From assembly GCF_001447785.1 (NCBI RefSeq), contig NW_015168777.1, positions 1 to 64,000 on the forward strand: 64,000 nt of DNA, read 5' to 3'. How positions within the stretch are numbered: the first letter of the stretch is position 1; every line of letters starts with the position of its first letter. This DNA comes from Gekko japonicus (lineage: Eukaryota). Shown here in pieces: positions 63,511 to 64,000 of this stretch. Below the pieces are notes generated by a model, which was not told the origin of the DNA, did no database searches, and worked only from the letters and a program-made list of their open reading frames with translations. A program made the position numbers and the translations under genes.

Positions 63511-64000
63511 CATAAAAAAAATACTTCTACTGTTTCTTTGGCTGAGCAGAAGAACATTTCAAATTTAACATGAATTTTAAAGTTTGGTTGCATACAGTGG
63601 GGGAGATATAATTGATAATGATGACGGGAAACTGTGTCACATTTTTAATCTTGGAGGAGGAGAAAAAACAACAGCAGGACATTGTTCTCTTTAGGAGCTC
63701 CTACATCATGTTTCTCTGGAGACTGCGTGTCCTCCTTTGAGAATGGGTAGCTTTTTACAAATGCATAGACCAGGAAAATAATGTTGCCACAGCCCATTTG
63801 TATCCATGGTAAGTGCAGATTAACTTTACTGAGGGGGGAACTGCACAATCTTACAATTTCAAACCCTTTTCTAGAGTCTACTGTTGTTTATTAGAGGTCT
63901 CCCAACAAGGTACTGCCATGTACACTGATATTGGGGGGGGGATCCTGGGACAGCATTTTACTACACAACAGACAGCTGGAGACTAGATGTCCAATTTAAT

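Overview
Vertebrate (squamate, probably gecko, inferred from Sauria SINE, Squam3-type and 5S-derived SINEs) draft-assembly DNA with six N-gaps. It is a class II olfactory receptor cluster with six intact single-exon ORs: one OR10A-like on the minus strand, then two OR6B-like, an OR6Y1-like, an OR6A2/I7-like and an OR9S/Olfr12-like gene on the plus strand. The intergenic DNA is dense with mobile elements: a decayed Ngaro/DIRS retrotransposon, RTE-X-like, L2, CR1 and BovB LINE fragments, Penelope remnants with hammerhead-ribozyme relics, hAT and Harbinger MITEs, Helitron-like composites and probable solo LTRs. I see no clearly new multi-gene system. The most unusual items are an intronless SCRIB PDZ2 fragment fused to a Sauria SINE 3' tail, the side-by-side arrangement of OR subfamilies that are scattered across chromosomes in human, a fold-back Penelope-type insert with a minimal hammerhead in its loop, a nested 5S-SINE/hAT stack, and an OR9S-like receptor lacking conserved ECL2 residues. 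Family assignments come from recalled reference sequences, not database searches.
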